From positions 93,161,064 through 93,225,063 of the forward strand of contig NC_068982.1 of the NCBI RefSeq assembly GCF_001194135.2: a DNA stretch of 64,000 nt. Direction: 5' to 3'. Of this stretch, positions 22,461-35,600 are shown one piece after another (position 1 is the first letter of the stretch; each line of letters opens with the position of its first letter). The stretch comes from Octopus bimaculoides (Eukaryota). The notes under the pieces were generated by a model. It saw nothing but the letters and a program-made list of their open reading frames with translations, searched no databases and had not been told where the DNA came from. The position numbers and the translations under genes were made by a program.

Positions 22461-23275
22461 TGTTGAAATGTGAAGCTAACGGTTTAAGAAATACACCTAA
22501 TTTAAATTTTTATGGACATAATTAACCTAGTGAAATCATAAATCCAGCTAATGAGTCCCCAAAATATATGAAATGAAAAATATGTAAAAATACTAACATA
22601 CAGAAAATGCACAGAAAAATACTAACACACAGAAGCATAGAGAAATATGTAATATTCTAACGCAGAAAATTTAAAACAAAACTCGCAGGTGAAAAGAATC
22701 TCGTGATGTGAAGAATCAAGAGTGAAAAATCAACAAGACAACAGCGGCACAGTGAATCACAACACAACGTGCGGTTGTCATGGTAATAAGTTGCTAATGC
22801 CACTCTGCCTGATGATTGGCTAAAATTACCCAAATTTTCCAACTTTAATTCCAAATAACATCAGGTTCTTTAATTTACGAGATAAAGTAATTGGTTGATC
22901 GATACACGAAAATTGAAAGCAATCTGAGCAAAATTTACGAATGAAAAAGACTAGATCCGATGAACTACCCCATGCTGCCTGTAACTTAAAAGATATTGAA
23001 AGTCTTCATCGGAGACTGCTATTTCATGTTACGATTAGATGCAGGAGTAGTGAGAGTGAAGGAGAAAGAGAAGGAGTTAATGAGAGAGAGAGAGAAAAGA
23101 ATATAAGAGAAGAAAGAAAAATAGCGAAGAATGTAGGAAATGGAATCACAAACGTTGAACAGCGGTCAAAGAGAGACACTCGACGAGAAAGCTAGCAAGT
23201 TAGCTTTATACAGTGATTACACGTAAAAGAGGATGTTGTGTTCACAGTGGATCCAAGGTATGCTTCCAATGGTTC

Positions 23276-23694
23276 TGTAGTGACCCCTGGCGGTCAAGCA
23301 GGAAAGCAAAACGAAAAAGGGATCTAACGAGAGCAATCTCCCTCAAACTTTTCAAAACTTCTCGAACATTCTAGAAGCTTCCAATTAACTTCCGGATGGA
23401 AGTTAGGGACTTCCGTTTCATCCCTTATATAAAGGAACACATTTCTAATTTCGCGCCCCACTTGTCTGTCGGTTCCTAGACATGCATTGAATCACGCCGC
23501 TCGCATACACAACCGCACGCGCGGATGATCGCCTCATTTGCTTTGAGACATCTGGTTGCAAAATATGTTCATGTGATGTTACAAGCTTTTCCTTCAATTA
23601 CCCTTATGTGTTAACGCATTACATCCAGTAATAAATATGTTATGACTTATTACGAACGTTTTACAAATTCTTATTTTCTTGTCGTTTACGTACA
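23276..23694 (+). mobile_element. Probable LTR of an LTR retrotransposon, followed by a degenerate PBS-like sequence
   Basis: TGTA...TACA termini, TATATAAAGG box and downstream AATAAA. Followed by AGATAGTGACCCC (close to TGGTGACCCC). No matching 4-5 bp TSD. Confidence 0.5.
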
Positions 23695-24289
23695 AGATAG
23701 TGACCCCTCTTTCACGCATGCAATTATAAAAATTATTAGATGTCACTTACTGACATCACTATAATTCGTTATCGATATGCAAGTCAAGAGATCCACTGCA
23801 TTATCAGTGTTTTCTGGGCGAAGAAAGATACAGTTGATTAGCTTTATATGACATTTGATAGTTATGATTACGCTGAGGATGATATCAATTTGGAACTATA
23901 CACAAACCACTAACACGTTACTTTGAAGAGTTAACACTTTCAGAAAATAAATCACCACCATTCCACAACGATTAACAAATACGAAATGATAGCACAAAGA
24001 AACAGATTACCAACTTTTGTACATACAATTCACCCACTCACCGACAACATTTAAACAGTAAGCAAACTTGGAGCAAGGTAATCTTTGACAAAGCTGTAGC
24101 GTTCAATGGAAAGGCACCAAAATACAACCAATAATGTGGATGATTAGTAAGAATACGTTCAATGATAATCAAATCATTTTGAAAAGTATAACTCGCGCAT
24201 TTAACGTTGATTTAAAACGAACGTAGTATGAGAATAGCTCTATACAGTTCATGAATATCACTGTTGATGATCCTCGGTGATGATCCTCG

Positions 24290-25019
24290 AAATGAAGGAT
24301 GGGTCATCAGTGGAACGCTGACGGAAGATTTTGACTGACTTCGACGCGATGTTCTTTCTGCTCAGTGGTCAGCAGATGGAGGCAAAACTTGGCAAAGAGA
24401 AGCCGCATGTTCAATTCAGGCGTTAGGATTGATGTACGGACCCATGCGACAGACCAACAACATCAGCAATGTCGTCGATTGTCCCTCCACGATCCTCGTT
24501 CACAAGTTCAGTTCGGTTTTAGCAGCTATTTTTTAAAAAACTATGATGGAAGTGGCAAAGGAGCATATTCAGCATATTTTGCTTTCTGAGTTCAATAAAG
24601 CCAACAGCGCAACGGAAAGTGCAAGAAATATTAATGCAGTATATGGGGATCGGACAATAAGCGCAAGCCTGTGTCAACGGTCGTTCCAGAAATTCCAAGC
24701 CGGAAACTACAGCCTAGAAGACGAGCCTCATCCTGGAAGATCTGTAGAGCTCGACGAGGACGCCTCGCAAACCCTTGTGGAACAAAATCCCATCGTGACT
24801 GTTGAGGAACTAGCAGAGAAGCTTGGATTTGGTCATTCAATCATTCATCGACACCAGCGCTAGAAGAAAAACGACAATCTTTAGTTTCAAGACGAATGGT
24901 GTTCTTCCATCAGGATAATGCTCGGCCACATACAGCGAGGATGGCATTCCAAAGGCTGGAGCAGTTTGAATAGGAAACGATGCCCCCAACCACCATGTTT
25001 GCCGGACATTTCCCCATCT
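24290..25019 (+). mobile_element. Mariner (DD34D) element with internal deletion, truncated by an N-gap
   Basis: ORF 24543-24863 holds both HTH domains (MEVAKEHIQHILL..F..GNYSLEDEPHPGRSVELD). It then jumps to HQDNARPHTA..PPCLPDISPS, with 34-residue spacing to the expected third D at the gap edge. Confidence 0.85.
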
Positions 25020-25351
25020 NNNNNNNNNNNNNNNNNNNNNNNNNNNNNNNNNNNNNNNNNNNNNNNNNNNNNNNNNNNNNNNNNNNNNNNNNNNNNNNNN
25101 NNNNNNNNNNNNNNNNNNNNNNNNNNNNNNNNNNNNNNNNNNNNNNNNNNNNNNNNNNNNNNNNNNNNNNNNNNNNNNNNNNNNNNNNNNNNNNNNNNNN
25201 NNNNNNNNNNNNNNNNNNNNNNNNNNNNNNNNNNNNNNNNNNNNNNNNNNNNNNNNNNNNNNNNNNNNNNNNNNNNNNNNNNNNNNNNNNNNNNNNNNNN
25301 NNNNNNNNNNNNNNNNNNNNNNNNNNNNNNNNNNNNNNNNNNNNNNNNNNN

Positions 25352-25410
<59 letters not shown>

Positions 25411-25452
25411 CTAGATAGATAGTAGATAGATAGATAGATAGTAGATAGATAG

Positions 25453-25496
<44 letters not shown>

Positions 25497-25500
25497 CATA
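25352..25500. repeat. (GATA)n microsatellite
   Basis: Long GATA tract abutting the gap. Confidence 0.95.
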
Positions 25501-25617
25501 CATAGATACATATATATACACATGTATTCACATATACATATATGCAAGTGTGTGTGTGTGTAGTAATAATAATAATGATAAACCATGGATGGAATTTATA
25601 AATACTTTAATGCATTG

Positions 25618-25747
25618 CTACGCGCGTTTCCATAAACACATGTTTCTTAAGATCATAGTCCGTATTCTTGGGATGATTATAGTACAGTCCGTAGTATCCA
25701 TGGATATCGGGTAGATCATGTTCATGCGTCCATTTCTTCAGGCGATA
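25618..25747 (-). ncRNA. Degenerate hammerhead-like motif in a probable PLE terminal repeat
   Basis: UAUCGC-CUGAAGA-A-[AUGGACGCAUG/CAUGUGUUUAU, 11 bp incl. 3 G-U]-G-GAAAC-GC-GCG. The cleavage triplet appears to have lost its U and the 10.1-11.1 pair is A.G. Confidence 0.4.
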
Positions 25748-26109
25748 TGACATTAACGGAAGTTTAACTGATGGTTGTTTATCAATTTTGACCAATGAAA
25801 AGGTTGATTGGGGTATGTGGGTATTTCTGTGTATATTTTATGAGGAGTAGTAGAAGGTAATGAGAAGAAAGGAAGGAATGGTAGTTATAAGGAGATAGAG
25901 GTGTGTGTGGTGATGTTGGACTTATTTTGACATTTGAGTATGCAGATGTCAGGTTGGGTAGTGTAGTTATTTGATTTAACCTGAGTCACAGCAGGTGCCT
26001 CCTCAATGAATTCAGAAGTAGTCAGGTCAGCAGGTGCAGTTATTCAATTGTTAGAGTTCATTGTCTGAGTTGACAAATGATATTTTCTTGAAATGTCCCT
26101 TTAAAATGT

Positions 26110-26372
26110 TCTTTATATATATATATGTGCGCGTGTGCGTATGTGTATGCATATGTATGTTTGTGTGTCTGTGTTTGTCCCTCCAGCGTCGCTTGACAAC
26201 TGATGCTGGTACGTTTATGTTCCCGTAACTTAGCAGTTCGGCAAATCAGACCGATAAAATAAGTATTAGGCTTACAAAGAATAAGTCCTGGGGTCGATTT
26301 GTTCGACTAAAGGCGGTGCTCCAGCAAGGCCGCAGTCAAATGACTGAAAAAAGTAAAAGAATAAAAGAATAT
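26110..26372 (+). mobile_element. SINE family C, 3' half
   Basis: (TG)-rich linker then GTTTGTCCC..GGGGTCGATTTGTTCGACTAAAGGCGGTGCTCCAGC..GCCGCAGTCAAATGACTGAAA. Homologous to the reverse complement of 60495-60710. Confidence 0.8.
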
Positions 26373-26529
26373 ATAGATTTACGTTTATCAATTTGTGTTG
26401 CAAGATTCTTGATGTGAAATCGTGTGTTGAAACAGACATTGTTGTATTTCGGGACGGTCATTTTTTTTGCCAAATAAACACACGCACTATATATTTGTTC
26501 TTCACTCGTTTACCACTGTTCTTATTTTG

Positions 26530-27460
26530 TTTTAAATTTCAACTCATGCCCATTGCATCTAAGTACTTTGTTCACAAGAACGCATCGATTGCGGACAACG
26601 CCAAGTTCAACATTCTTATAGCTGACTTGGTGAGAGTGATGAGGAATGTGTCTCGCATGTGCGACCCTATGGAATTGGAAAGAAACATACAACACTTCAC
26701 CCACCGCATGCAGTTCTCTGGCTACAATCAAAGGGACAGGATTAGAGTGTACAAAGGCGCCAGGACTAAGTACAAAGCCATCATAGAGAGGGATGCTAAG
26801 GGGACCTGCCCGCTGTACAGGAGTAAATCCTGGAACAGCACGATAAGAACCAGTTATAAGATAAATAAAGTCAACACTTGGTATGACACCAAAAAATACC
26901 AGAGTGTCATGTTCATCGATGCTACTCCTGGCAGCGAACTAGCATACCTTTTTAGAAAAAGTAAGGCTAATCTACGGATTAAAGTAGTAGAGAGGCCTGG
27001 TGCCCCTATAAAATCCCTGATCTGTAGTACCTATCCCTTTGATAAGTCCCCCTGTACGGAGTACAGTTATGTTGTATGTAGGAGGAATCCACAGGTTAAC
27101 TGTAAGGTTAGGAATGTAGTGTATAGCTTACGATGTACTGAGGGACGGTGCAGAAACATGACAACTACCTACATTGGAGAGACTGCACGCAGCATAGGGG
27201 AGCGTATAGGTGGCATTGGTAAGAGCTCAAAGAAGAGAAAAGCTCGTTAGTGCTCTATCAATATACTCAGGCAGAACATGGAGGCTCAGTTAATAGCATA
27301 GAGGTTAAAGTATTATCGACGCGTAGAACTGACACGACACTTAAACAAATAACAGAGACTACACACGTAGCAGTAAATAGACCGAGCCTCAATAGAAAAC
27401 AAGAATGGAACAGTAACACCCACTACCACACCACACAACATTACTAAAGACAGAAAGGAA
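26530..27460 (+). mobile_element. Penelope-like element, 5'-truncated: RT thumb plus GIY-YIG endonuclease
   Basis: PIASKYFVHKNASI..K.NILIADLVRVMRNVS..MQFSGY (thumb); VVYSLRC...YIGETARSIGER (GIY-YIG); frameshift near 27250, then LYQY..AEH...KQITE..V..RPSLNRKQEW. Confidence 0.85.
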
Positions 27461-28532
27461 GAGAAGAGAAAAAATCGTAAATAATACACAGATACATACA
27501 GGGTAATACACACACAATAGACATATATGCACTTACCTGTGAAACATATAAGAAATATAGATAAATAAAAAATAAATAAATATATAAATAGATAAATAAA
27601 TAAATATATTTGTCACATACCTGTGATAAATATAAGAAACAGAGATAGATAAAATAAATAAATAAATCCATACAGAAGGCATGGATACAAACAATATACG
27701 AAGCGAACCCCTACACACACACACAAAAACACACAAGAAATTTCACGGACGGCCACAACAATATGAACAACACGAATACCAACGACAGCAGCAGCAGCGG
27801 TGACAACGATGACAATAACAACAGCAACTACCACGATGGCAACACCGTGGGAGAACACACAAACACAGAGAGATACAGGAACTGTACGAAAAATTTTCCG
27901 GGTCTTAGAACTGCAGTAGCAGAATGGGGTGAGAGGATGGGGCTGAGAGGAAAGCCATGCTGCTACTAAGAACAATGAAACACACTCAAGCATACATACA
28001 CATACACACACAGGCATATACACACACACAAACACGGACGCAAACGCATACGCACATAAGGATACACTCGCCATTTTTGTGGCTTATCAGCATCACGTAT
28101 CTGAACTGAATCGGAAGCGATTTGTATCACCAGTCTATGACTATATACAAATTGTTACATCACTGAGGTCTTCCTCATTCCCTCCGCTAATTCGTCACCC
28201 TTTAATGGATATAGATTATAGATGTTTTAGAACATCTTTCTTAACTTTTCTTTAAAAGTCGTTTATTGTTCAATCCACGTCATCTCTGATCCAGGAGACA
28301 TCTGATTAAGATAGACTTTATCGGCCACCCGGTTTAATACTGTCATCTGGTCTTTAGGTTCCTTTGGTAGAATTCACTCTGTTGTAAGCGTTCGAGCCTG
28401 ATGTCAGCTTTAAAAATAATTTCCTAGTTTTCTCTACCAGTATTTAGTTCCATTTTAAGACCCATATTGGAGTCAACTTTGCTTTCACCTTTCACACATC
28501 AATAAAAATAAATACCAATATTAAAATCGAGG

Positions 28533-28745
28533 TAAGGCAGCGAGCTAGCAGAGTTATTACCGAGCCGGAAAAATTGTTTAGCGTCATTTCTTCCGACTTG
28601 TTCTGAGATCAAATACTGCAGGGTCGACATTGACTTTCATCCTTTCAAGGTCGATAAAATAAGTACCAGTTGAAGACTGGGATAGATGTAATCGATTTAC
28701 CCCCTCCACCGAAACTGCTGGCCTTGTGCCAAAATTTGAAATCAA
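28533..28745 (+). mobile_element. SINE family A (first of a tandem pair)
   Basis: Family A head, B box and GATGTAATCGAT palindrome. Confidence 0.8.
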
Positions 28746-28760
28746 TGTAAAAACTGTGTT

Positions 28761-28968
28761 AAGGCGGTGAACTGGCAGAAGCGTTAGCACACCGGGCAAC
28801 ATGCTTAGTGGCGTTTCGTCAGTTTTCATGTTCTGTGTTCAAATTCCACTGAGGTCGGCTTTACCTTTCATCCTTTCGGAGTCGATAAAATTAAGTACAA
28901 GTTAAATACTTGGGTCAATGTAATCGACTTACCACCTCTCCTGAAATTACAGAACTTTGAAATCAGTA
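28761..28968 (+). mobile_element. SINE family A (second of the tandem pair)
   Basis: Starts 15 bp after the previous copy, same orientation. Confidence 0.8.
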
Positions 28969-30029
28969 TCAAAACCAAAGTAGAGTCAATTGATGATACT
29001 TTTACCTTTCAAATTTGTAACTATTTAAACATACAAAAACGTTTCGTTTTTGTTTGTATATTTAAGATTACATTATCCATCATAACTCGATAAAATTTGA
29101 TAAAAAAAATATTCTTGGGAAACAATGTTGATAAGACGCATTTTGTAGAGAAACAAAACCAGGAAGGCGGGGAATTAACCAAAGCTACTCACACTCACAC
29201 ACGCCCACTCACTAACACACAAAACACATTCGCACACACATACATACCAAAAAATTACTACTCCTCTGACATAATCTTAATATCTAAACTGGAAATTTTT
29301 ATCAAAAAAGTTTCCAAGGAAATTATAGGGAATCAAAGTCGTGGGAGGTGGGGCACATTCCTGTATAAGTGCATTTTGTATTAAGACTGATTTTCCTTTA
29401 TTAAGATGTATGGGTATGATTTGAGAAAAACTTGGCTGTTGTTTCTAGCTACACAAGTGACTATATAAAAGTTACATAAATCACTCATTATACCAGGCCC
29501 AATACAGTATGGATTTTATTCTCATCTTATATTATTTACTACTAATATTCTTCAAAACGGCATGGGTATCGATTTCTGGTAGGAATTATCGAAAAGCATT
29601 TTGTGAAAGATCATCTTCAGAAAGCCGTAGAGTCAAATTTGAACTATCATCGTAAAGAAACGAAATTGGTTACGGCATTGTAGCCGTTTTTGCCAATATA
29701 CAGTTGATTTCTCTTCTAGAAGTTTTGCGTAACATTTTAATCGCAGATTGGATCTGAGCCCCTTTAAGTAATTCTGCTTATGAATCAGTGTAAAGAACAC
29801 ACACTTTAAATTTGTTTAACATAAGCAATTCTTTCACTGCTCATATGTCTTGAATAAAACATTCTTATCATATGGTTCTACATTTCAGTACAACTGCACC
29901 TGAAGAGGCTTGCAAATATATATATACATACATTTATATATGTGTATATGTCTGGCCGTTTGCGAATAATTATAACAAGCTGCTTGGACACAACTTTCTT
30001 ATATTGGTTTCTAATTTAAGTACAACACC

Positions 30030-30152
30030 AGCAATTTTGAAGAAGGGGAATCTCGATTACATCAACTCCAGTACTTGGCTACTCTCTATTTTAACGACCC
30101 GGAGGGATAAAAAGGCATATTTGACATTGACTGGATTTGAACTCAGAACGTA
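30030..30152 (-). mobile_element. SINE family A fragment
   Basis: CGATTACATCAAC and GGATTTGAACTCAGAACGTAAA. Confidence 0.65.
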
Positions 30153-30494
30153 AAAAAAATAAAAAATAATAAAAACTGAAAAATATACCGCAAGACTTGT
30201 TTTCACCCTCTGCTCTCACAATTCTGCCACTCTCCTTACCCCTACATTATATTTGTATAATAATGGTTTTTGCGTCAATAGGTTTGATCAAGTCCCACTC
30301 TCTCGTATTTATGTAAATATTAAACGAATGTTGAAATTGTCTATTAACACGTCCCACAAATATTATCCTCTTATTTTTTTTTCCAGTCGTATGATAGTGT
30401 TTTCGATGTTTTTATTTGCTGTGCACTTCTTTTATTTGTTCAAATCTTGCAGGAAATTAAAACTAATTGAGAAATTATTTTTATAAATGTCTTG

Positions 30495-30880
30495 GGCATT
30501 TCTTCCGACTCATTTCATTCTGCGTTCAATTCTCACAAAGATCAGCCTGGCTTTCCAGTTTTCCGTGATCGATAAAATGAGCACCTGGCAAGTACTGGAG
30601 TCGATGTAATCGACTACTCCTCCCCAAAACTATTGGTCTTTTACCTATACTAGCAGCCACTGGCAAAATCGTCTGAAGCTGGCAGAATTGCCTGATTGTC
30701 GACAAAATGCTTTACGGTATCTGAGCATATTTTTTTAAAGTTCTGAGTTCAAATCCCGCAGAAGTCAATTTCGCCTTTTATCCCAAGAGTCGATAAAGTA
30801 AAGCACTAGCCAAGTACAGGGTTAATGGAATCGATTAACTGTACCCGTAAGATTGTTGACTTAGTCCCAAAATCAGAAAC
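30495..30880 (+). mobile_element. Two tandem diverged SINE family A copies
   Basis: Two successive bodies (GTCGATGTAATCGAC at ~30600; TTCTGAGTTCAAATCCCGC at ~30740). Confidence 0.65.
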
Positions 30881-30894
30881 CATTGCTATAATTA

Positions 30895-31690
30895 TGCGGA
30901 TTACGTCACAATAATGTTGTCGGACAGTACGGAGGTGCAAGTAGTCGACTCCATTCTAAAGGAATACGAGGCGATGATAGGCAAAGATAAATCCGGAGAA
31001 TTTGTTGGACTTGCAGTTTGGTACCAGGAGAAGCAAATCTATTCCATCAAACAACATAATAAGTCGATGAAGCGATTCACCGATTGAAAGGCTTGGGGTC
31101 TGGTTTGCTCCAAACCTCTAGATGGACAGGAACTGGGACGAGATTACGAGCAGATTGATTGCCTCATCAACAGCTTTTAACAAGATGTGGTAGGCAGTGT
31201 TCCTGTATCTGTTGGCTAGGCGAAAGAGGTTCTAAAATGGACGTGGCTGAAACGATTGAAGACAGACATTGTCCTCATTTTCCACGACTTTTTAAAGTTC
31301 CACTTTGAAAGGAAGATGTGAGTGGAGAGGAAGAGCTCTCACCCAGCGAGTTTGTCAAAAAATGGGTGAGTGAACATAAATAGTTAGGTTGAGTGGACCT
31401 AGTCTAAACATGAGCCTGTTGATCGGGGAACAACAGATGAGTGAGGGCTGATGCACTTGGTCGTCAAGATGATACTGGCTCTGTAAGGTTCCTTGATTGG
31501 TCTCAGTCGGAGGTTACCCTGTATCAGGAGGATCGCACCATTCATGAATTCTCGTACTTTGTATACTATGTATACTTTTTAATTCACTTTCCCTTTCTCA
31601 CACTGTCTTCCCTTCATCTTTTTATGTAAGCCACACACTAACTGTAATGTCGTCCTCATCCAATGTCTCAGTAGCATCTAAAAGATATTA
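30895..31690 (+). mobile_element. Tx1/L1-clade LINE, 5'-truncated and internally deleted ORF2 with 3' UTR
   Basis: DYVTIMLSD..EVQVVDSILKEYEAMIG, RLGVWFAPNL*MDRNWDEITSRL, then FFKFHFERKM*VER. A pyrimidine-rich UTR follows. Confidence 0.7.
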
Positions 31691-31699
31691 CTATTATTA

Positions 31700-31890
31700 T
31701 TAGCGCCGAGCGAAATGCTTAGCGGTATTTCGTCCGAATTTTACATTCTGAGTTCAAATTCCGCCTATATCGACTTTGTCTTTCAACCCTCCGGGTTCGA
31801 TAAAATAAGTATCAGTTGAGCACTAGGGTCGATGTAATCGATTGATCCTCTCCCCCGAAATTGCTATACTTGCGGCAAAATTTGAAACCA
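31700..31890 (+). mobile_element. SINE family A (5'-truncated)
   Basis: Family A body ending in (ATT)n. Confidence 0.8.
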
Positions 31891-31930
31891 TTATTATTAT
31901 TATTATTATTATTATTACTACCAGTACCAA

Positions 31931-32133
31931 AGTGGTGAGCTGGCAGAATCGTTAGCACGCTGGATGAAAGGCTTAACGGTATTTCATCCGTCTTTACGTT
32001 CTGAGTTCAAATTCCGCCGAGGTCACATTTTCTTTCCATCCTTTCGGGGTCGATAAACACTGGGGTCGATGTAATCGACTAGTCCCCTCCATACAAATTT
32101 CAGGCCTTGTACCTATAGTAGAAAGGATTATTA
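31931..32133 (+). mobile_element. SINE family A, full length
   Basis: GTGGTGAGCTGGCAGAATCG...GTAGAAAGGATTATTATT. Confidence 0.85.
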
Positions 32134-32605
32134 TTGTTTTGTTTTACTTCTCAGAACATTCAGTATTGTTTGTTCTGGTAGATTCTGTGAGAGCGGACAG
32201 CAACCTGTCGTCAGAGGTCTCACAGGGTCTCTTTCTGCACATTATAAGCTTTGATACTTGGTTGTTAATTATCGTGGAAGGCATTCAACATCCAAGTACC
32301 AACCTCAAAATCCTAGCTGTCCCCAGCAGAGCAGTGTTTTGGGCTTGCTCTGCTCTTATGTCAATTCCGATTTCTTTGACATATTTCTCAAACTTGGTTG
32401 TTAGTGCTCCGAGTGCCCCTACAACTCCTGGGATGACAGACACTCTCCTCATAGTCCACATTCTTGCAGTTTCATCTTTTAGTAGTCTGTACTTTTCAAT
32501 CTGTTCCAGTTCTTTGTCACTTATGCGTGCATCTCCAGGTATTGCAATATCTATGATCTTGGCTTCCTTTTCTTTTCTTTTATCTACCACAACAACATCT
32601 GGTCT
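32128..32605 (-). mobile_element. R4/Dong-like RLE LINE 3' fragment #1
   Basis: RPDVVVVDK..EAKIIDIAIP.D....KELE.IEKY..L...VGALG...Q.TALLGTARILR (ORF 32285-32590). ATT repeats at both ends. Confidence 0.85.
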
Positions 32606-32625
32606 TATTATTGTTATTATTATTT

Positions 32626-35600
32626 GATGAAAACCCTCAGCTTATTTTGCTGGATACGATGGAAAGTGTCAGCTATCCACAGCTAGCAGACTGAAGTGAT
32701 ACTTGTTTATTGGTCGTGCTTCAAGAACCCGGCGAAGAATTCTTGCAGTTCCAACTGTTGATTTTGTAGGTGTTCTATCTTTACATTTGTACCAATCTTT
32801 CTTAGCCATGCTGGTAGTTGAGTGCTGATACTTCTAAGTGCGCCAATTATTATTGGTATCACATCTACTCTCGTCATTGACCACAACCTTCGTATTTCCA
32901 CTTCAAATCGTCGTAGTTGTTCAGTTTTTCTTTTTTTTTTCTCTTTGATTCTGTTTTCACCAGAACATACAATGTCGATTATCATGCAAGTTCTTCCTTT
33001 TTTATTCACCACAACAATGTCCAGTTTCCGATGACTCTTCAGGTGATCGCACTGAATCATTGCATCCCACAGGATTTTGTAATTCTCATTTTAGGTGACT
33101 CCTTCTGGGGTTTATTTACACCACGTCTTTGCTGTTTGTAAGCCACAGAGTTCCCAATAGATTATTCTTGCCACATTGTCATGTCGTCATTTGGCGTTGT
33201 GCCAATTTTGAGCATTTGCTAATGATGTGCCATACTGCTTTACTCCTCTCAGCACACATTCTGCATTTGTCGTTGTCGGTAGTGTTGTCAATTCTACATT
33301 TCACATAATCCTTAACACTTGATCTTGTGCTGCGCATATAAGTGCTTCTGTCTCTATCTTTAGGTCACTTCTCATCTATAACCATCGGTTTTCTGTATCT
33401 GTCTTGGCATTCGTATCTCTTGCAAACTGACCATGCATTTTTTTCTCCTTCCATGCTGTTTCTTCTTTTGTGTTCTTTTCCTCTTTAAGTTTTTCTTTCT
33501 TTACACAATTATCAATTTTGATGACTCTGAACTTCTTCACATGTTTCAACAATGGTTCCACGGCATTTTTAAAATACCATCCTAAATTGTTTTCCTCTGC
33601 TTCGACACAATCCTGGCAATTGATCAAACCTCTCCCGCACTTTCTTGTGGACAAGTACAGCCTATCGGTATCACTTTTAGAGAGGAAGGTTCCGTGCACT
33701 ATCAATATTTTCCTTGTCTTTGTATCTATGCTCAGTTCTTTCTTTTGCCAGTTTGTGTTTCCAGCTCCATGCGGACGTGATGCAATTGCCCATGTATTAA
33801 CTACTTGGATCTTATTCCATCCGGTTAATTTTGAGAGCAACACCAATCTTAGTCTTCAGAAATATTCTATCCTCAGTTGCTTCATTTCCTTCTCCCTGAT
33901 TTCGTTGAACTCTAGTATGCCAAAGTATTTGTAGCCTTCCTTTTCAGTTCGTTTAATCATTTCTTTATTAGGTAAGTCTATCTATGCTAGGGACTATAGC
34001 TTACCTCTTTTCTGGTACATTATACCACACTTCTTGAGTCCGAATTCTATTCTATAATTAGCACTAAGACAGTGGACCGTGTTCACCAAGGAACTTACTT
34101 GTGTCTCAACCTTGCCATACAACTTCAAATCATTCATGAAGAAGAGATGGCTGATTGTTTGAGATTTTCTCTTTAGATGATATCCCAGGTTCATTTTCCT
34201 AAGTAGCTAGGTCAGAGAGATCATGCAGAAAACAAAAAGCAACGAAGATAAGCTATCGCCTTGGAAAATTACTCTTCTGATGCTCAGGGCGCCCAAGTAG
34301 GACGTAAACTCAGTTTTCCATCTCACAATACTTCTCTTCAGAAAACATGTTACATTCCTCGCAATTCCAAACAAATCTAAGCACGCGTTGATCCACGAAT
34401 GTGGAATCATATCATAAGCTTTGCGATAGTCAATCCAGGCCATTCCAAATTTGTCCTTCGTTTACAATCTTGCATTACCATTTTGTCTATCAGTAACTGG
34501 TCTTTGGTACCTCTCCATCACCTCCTACAACCTTTTTGTTCCATCAGTAATATATCGTTCTCACCAAGAAATTTATACAGTTCTTCTGCAATTCCTACTG
34601 ACAGTAACTTCCTTATTAATGGGAGGCAAGAAATTGGCCTGTAATTGTCGGCAGCATTTCCTTTTGATGCATCCCTCAGACACAACATTGTTCATCCTGT
34701 TGTCAACCAACCCGGGATTTCTTCTGCTCCATCAATCATTGCATTAAATTGCTCTGCAATCAATTTATGGCATCTACTGAAATTTTTTTTACCCCAAATC
34801 CCTGTACACTACCAGGTCCTGCTGCTTTCCAATCGCTTATCTTTTCACTTATATTTCTTATAATGTCTTCCGTGAAATGGATAGCCTCTTGTTGGGGATA
34901 AGAAGCTGTTTATTTCAGGTTGCAAAGCCATTCAGCTTCAATATTATGCTGTTCTTGCTTACTCCATATCTAACCCCAAACTGTCGACTTTATGAGCATC
35001 AGGAATTAATCCTTCACATTCCATATCATCATTGATTTATTGATAAAAATCGTTTTTGGTCAATTCTAAACAATTGGTCTTACTGGTATTGCTTAATCCG
35101 TTGTACAAACCTAGTTAGCTTTGCTTTTTTGGCAAGTATGTGCTGCTTCTGTTTTTCAATTACATCATTCCGGCCTTTTGTATCTACATCATACTTCTTC
35201 AATTTTTCAAATTTGCGATCATTCTTCAAATCTCCTTTTCTTTTCCTGATAAGTATTGACACTACACTGTTCAGGGAGTTTGTATCTTCTGAAATTCTCC
35301 TTTTCTTCTTCTATCAACCGATGTTCTGTTCTCAGTAGTTCTCAAATCCCATCCTTTCTGCCACAATCCTGCTTGCAGCCTAAATGAGTTTATTTGTTTG
35401 TGTGATGTTCTTTATTTCAATGTGTTTCAATACAGTATTGACTTGACTTATCTTTTGATTTAGTCACCATTGGTTAGCCTTCTTAAAGTCGCATATAAAT
35501 TCTGTATCTTCTGTATTTAACACATCAAAAATCCTATTTATTTTATTTGGTTTCCATTGTTTAAATAGTCACTGATCTCGATTCTTTCACGATTCATGGT

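Noticed and set aside
16122-22826. Shared 14-mer TGATTGGCTAAAAT (16122-16135, 22813-22826), CCAAT-box-like
   Set aside because: Flanks do not align further and no promoter context is visible; probably part of unidentified repeats.
29880-29995. CACCTGAAGAGGCTTG.. as another hammerhead
   Set aside because: No GAAAC core at a stem II base and interrupted by a TA-rich tract; cannot be folded into an HHR.
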